Shown here: piece by piece, positions 60,119 through 64,000 of the stretch
How the letters are laid out: every line of letters starts with the position of its first letter
Position numbering within the stretch: the stretch's first letter is position 1
DNA from: Mizuhopecten yessoensis
Taxonomy: Eukaryota
Length of the DNA stretch: 64,000 nt
Assembly (NCBI RefSeq): GCF_002113885.1
Contig: NW_018407955.1
Coordinates: forward strand, 833,649-897,648
Direction of reading: 5' to 3'
The notes under the pieces: model-generated
The model's database searches: none
Seen by the model: the letters and a program-made list of their open reading frames with translations, nothing else
Told to the model about the DNA's origin: nothing
Program-made: the position numbers and the translations under genes

Positions 60119-62149
60119 AAGCACAGAAACAATGTAATCTTTCAAAAACTCAAAGATGGCACTTGAAGGCCTTTCAAAATTAACAAGAGGCCCAAGAGCC
60201 TTAGCGGTCACCTGAGTTATATCATAGGTATTGGTAGCTCAATATTATTGTTTAGTTGTGATGTGGAAATCAGCATGTAAACTAAATGAAATACAATACT
60301 TGTCATGTCATCAAAGGATAAGAATTTTAAAATATTGGTAAATTTTTCCTTATGGGCCCCGCCCTAGCCCCTGGGGATGGGGCAGAAATACCAATTTTTA
60401 CAATGTAATACCCTCATCCACCAAAGATGATTCTGACCAAGTGTGAATAATTTTCTGCTGAAACAAAGCTCAGGTAACCTAAAAATCCAACTAAAAATCA
60501 TTGACTGGAAAACTGATACAATACGTATTATAGGAGTTACTTGTATTTGTAGAATGTTTTATGAAATCGAACCATTCTTTCAAAAGTTATCCCACAAATA
60601 TCACTTCAGGTTCTGAATTCGAAAAATGGCTGTGGGCAGCCATATTGAATTTCAGATCAGGATCAAAATTGAACTGAAACCTTTGTACAGACGACACATT
60701 TGACAACACCTATAATAAAGTAATCTGCTTATGTCGCCCTGCCATACCAGGCAATAAAATTAAGATGTTTTTATCATTATCAGTATTATTGAGACTAGTG
60801 TTGGGAATCACTTGTAAATTCATACTCGATCATCACTTCCAATCAAGTGACTGATGATCGACTAATGATCGATCAAACTAAACTTAAATTCAGTAATTTA
60901 AGGTTATAGTGCTTTCTGAAATCTATTTTCACATTCTTTTCCAGGGAAACCTGACATTAGATAATTTTGCTGATAACGCACAACATTCATACAAAAACAT
61001 TACGTTTGTTGACAGAACCTTATAATTATTGAAAAATATGTACATGTATTTGGAAATTAAATTGATGATGTTTGCAATGTCCATTATGCTGTGACAGCTG
61101 CATCTCATATTCAGAAATGCCGTGATGAATTGGCATTCACCTGATGACACCCCGTCAAACTTAACATTTTATTTGTAAGATAGCCCACACTTTCGACAAA
61201 GCGTTTTATTTATATCCAGCTAAGGAGGAACAATGCCTTCCAAGCGTTTAAATCAGTAGCCCCATAGAGTTTAAATCTCCGGAATGTCCTGGTTTGCCAT
61301 ATTGTCATGCACGGACTGAGCCATGCAGCATTTCTATTGAAACGCAAATTCTGATTGGTTGTCGGGTGGACCAGCTAGCCAATCAGCGTCGTCGTTGTGT
61401 GGGATGTTAGGTCAAGTTGTTTTGCTGAAGAACGAACAACTCGCTGTCGGCAGTAATAACACTAACTATCCGAGTTTATATTTTGTTAATACTTTAATTA
61501 GTCAAACTATAATCGACCATGGAAAACAAAGATTGATTAATCGATTTTCAGAAACAAACAACCAGACGTCGACTAATTGAGACTGTTGATTGGTTTGTAG
61601 GAGACATTAGAGATATAGCAAGTCAGATCTCTATAAAACCTACAACTCTATCACCGCAGTATCAATCTTACCTGCAAAAGGAGGCGTCTTTAAATATCTT
61701 TTTAAACATCCAAAATGAAACAAATGTCCACAGTAAACTCGCTCTACATTTTTCCTGGGATCTGTCTGTTTTTCCTGCAGAAAAAGATTCGCTTTAATAA
61801 AAAGGGTCATATCAACAAGGCAAAATATTGCAACCAAGACATAGTCCAGATTCGGTATGAAAAATAAATAAAGGGCCATAACTCTGTTTATACTGTTACC
61901 AGATTCCTAGTTTCAGTATGCAACACTCTACCATCTCAAAATGTACTCCAACACAAAATCTGACAATTTTAGTTGACAAAGTGTATGAGATATGCCAAAC
62001 TAAGTGAGATACTATGAACAAAGGGCCATAGCTCGAGTTAGGGACCATCAACTACCATTATATTACATTGGTGGTCAGGTGGCGCAGTGATTAATATAAG
62101 TTGAAATAACTTGTTTCATAATTGTTATAAACTAAATCAAGTTTATATT

Positions 62150-64000
62150 TACTACCATAATATAACAATTGCAGTCTAAATACCAAGTACCCCACAATTG
62201 CAGCCTATATACTAACTGTTCCCTACAATCACAGCCTACTCCACAATCGCAGCCTACATCCTAAGTACCCCACAATCACAGACTACTCCACAATCGCAGC
62301 CTACATCCTAAGTACCCCACAATCACAGACTACTCCACAATCGCAGCCTACATCCTAAGTACCCCACAATCACAGACTACTCCACAATCGCAGCCTACAT
62401 CCTAAGTACCCCACAATCACAGCCTACATACTAAGTACCCCACAATCACAGCCTACTTACAAAGTTCCCCACAATCACAGCCTACATCTTTGATCCCCAC
62501 AATCGCAGCCTACATACTAACTGTTCCCCACAATTGCAGCGTACATACTAAGTTCCCCACGATCACAGCCTACATACAAAGAACCCCAAAATCACAGCCT
62601 ACTTACAAAGTACCCCACAAGCACAGCCTACTTACAAAGTTCCCCAAAATCACAGCCTATATACAAAGTACCCCAAAATCACAGCCTACATCTTTGATCC
62701 CCACAATCGCAGCCTACATACTAAGTTCCCAACAATCACAGCCTACATACTAAGCTCCCAACAATCACAGCCTACATACGACCCCACAATCGCAGCCTAC
62801 ATACTAACTGTTCCCCACAATTGAAGCGTACATACTAAGTTCCCCACAATCACAGCCTACATACTAAGTACCCCACAATCACAGCCTGCTTACTAAGTTC
62901 CCCACAATCGCAGCCTACATACTAAGTTCCCCACGATCACAGGGTACATACTAAGTACCCCACAATCGCAGGCTACATACTAAGTTCCCCACGATCACAG
63001 AGTACATACTAAGTACCCCACAATCACAGCCTGCTTACTAAGTTCCCCACAATCGCAGCCTCCATACTAAGTTCCCCACGATCACAGCCTACATACAAAG
63101 TACCCTACAATCCCACCCTACATACTAAGTTCCCCACAATTGCAGTCTACATACTAAGTACCAAACAATCACAGCCTACATACTAAGTACCCCACAATCA
63201 CAGCCTACTCCACAATCGCAGCCTACATACTAAGTACCCCACAATCGCAGCCTACATACTAAGTTCCCCACGATCACAGCGTACATACTAAGTACCCCAC
63301 AATCACAGCCTACTTACAAAGTTCCCCACAATCACAGCCTACATCTTTGATCCCCACGATCACAGCCTACATACAAAGTACCCTACAATCACATCCTACA
63401 TACTAAGTTCCCCACAATCACAGCCTACATACTAAGTTCCCAACGATCACAGCCTACGTACTAAGCTCCCCAAGATAACAGAGTACATACTAAGTACCCC
63501 ACAATCACAGCCTACAGACTAAGTACCCCACAATCACAGCCTACTTACTAAGTTCCCCACAATCACAGCCTACATACTAAGCTCCCCAAGAAAACAGCGT
63601 ACATACTAAGTACCCCACAATCACAGCCTACATACTAAGTTCCCCACAATCACAGCCTACATACTAAGTACCCAACTATCACAGCCTACATACTAAGTAC
63701 CCCACAATCACAGCCTACATACTAAGTTCCCCACGATCACAGCCTACATACTAACTGTTCCCCACAATTGCAGCCTACATACTAAGTTCCCAACGATCAC
63801 AGCCTACATACTAAGCTCCCCAAGATAACAGAGTACATACTAAGTACCCCACAATCACAGCCTACTTACAAAGTTCCCCACAATCACAGCCTACATACTA
63901 AGTTCCCCACAATCACAGCCTACATACTAAGTACCCAACAATCACAGCCTACATACTAAGTACCCCACAATCACAGCCTACATACTAAGTTCCCCACAAT
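62150..64000. repeat. Satellite with a 29-bp unit CCCCACAATCACAGCCTACATACTAAGTT, more than 60 copies, running off the 3' edge of the window.
   Basis: Read directly. Explains ORF 62490-62753. Confidence 0.97.

Noticed and set aside
59741-60119. Three overlapping plus-strand ORFs of 65-120 aa
   Set aside because: They are generated by the 25-bp tandem repeat. All three frames are open with the same 25-aa periodic peptide.
4128-64000. Possibility that the regular repeat arrays are CRISPR loci
   Set aside because: The arrays have no unique spacers, because the whole unit repeats. The context is eukaryotic (introns, SINEs, MITEs) and there are no cas genes. They are minisatellites.
1-64000. Prokaryotic-style annotation (operons, RBS, terminators, phage or defence islands)
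   Set aside because: Gene density is very low and GT-AG introns are present. Pol III SINEs, TTAA-flanked MITEs and kilobase minisatellites dominate. None of this is compatible with a bacterial or phage genome. The only bacterial-looking element is the WS/DGAT-like coding exon, and it is embedded in eukaryotic gene structure.

Overview
This window is eukaryotic, not prokaryotic: it reads like an AT-rich, repeat-dominated invertebrate-type metazoan genome, and the host cannot be identified from sequence alone. There are no operons, no rRNA or canonical tRNA genes and no CRISPR array. Many six-frame ORFs are repeat artefacts, and the ORF track translates non-ATG starts as M (the ORF at 37950 begins with TTG). 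About a quarter of the window is tandem minisatellite, in at least 16 arrays with 16 to 150 bp units; three of them are also confluently open in one reading frame (690 and 952 codons), and those are artefacts. Several MITE/SINE-like families are interspersed. The most frequent is a TTAA-flanked element with roughly 22-bp terminal inverted repeats (CTTAAGGATCCCTGTCCCACTG / CAGTGGGACAGGGATCCTTAAG) that carries an internal tRNA-like pol-III-promoter-like module. Others are a ~90-bp palindromic MITE (TTAACTCATTCACCCCTGAA...TTCAGGGGTGAATGAGTTAA, 11 copies), an AGCTCACCTG-terminated element whose internal segment is amplified into a 150-bp tandem array, and a tRNA-derived SINE. A 3.1-kb 45-bp satellite sits between two ~358-bp direct repeats (12856-13213 and 16976-17317), giving an LTR-like or composite-element structure. 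The one clear protein-coding locus is on the + strand. A 2.4-kb exon (about 38004-40406) encodes a wax-ester-synthase/diacylglycerol-acyltransferase (WS/DGAT, bacterial AtfA/Tgs-like) family protein. Upstream of the catalytic core it has an N-terminal low-complexity extension of about 350 aa, one predicted TM helix and a CCCC cluster. The canonical HHxxxDG catalytic motif reads HPCIADG. The exon ends at a GTAAGT donor and appears to splice to four small phase-0 exons (41838-41954, 45053-45259, 47330-47500, 48471-48620) that add a coiled-coil and Ser-rich tail. A WS/DGAT homolog with a substituted catalytic His, fused to eukaryotic-type extensions and lying inside a spliced, repeat-rich animal-like locus, is the most interesting item; horizontal gene transfer is a candidate explanation.
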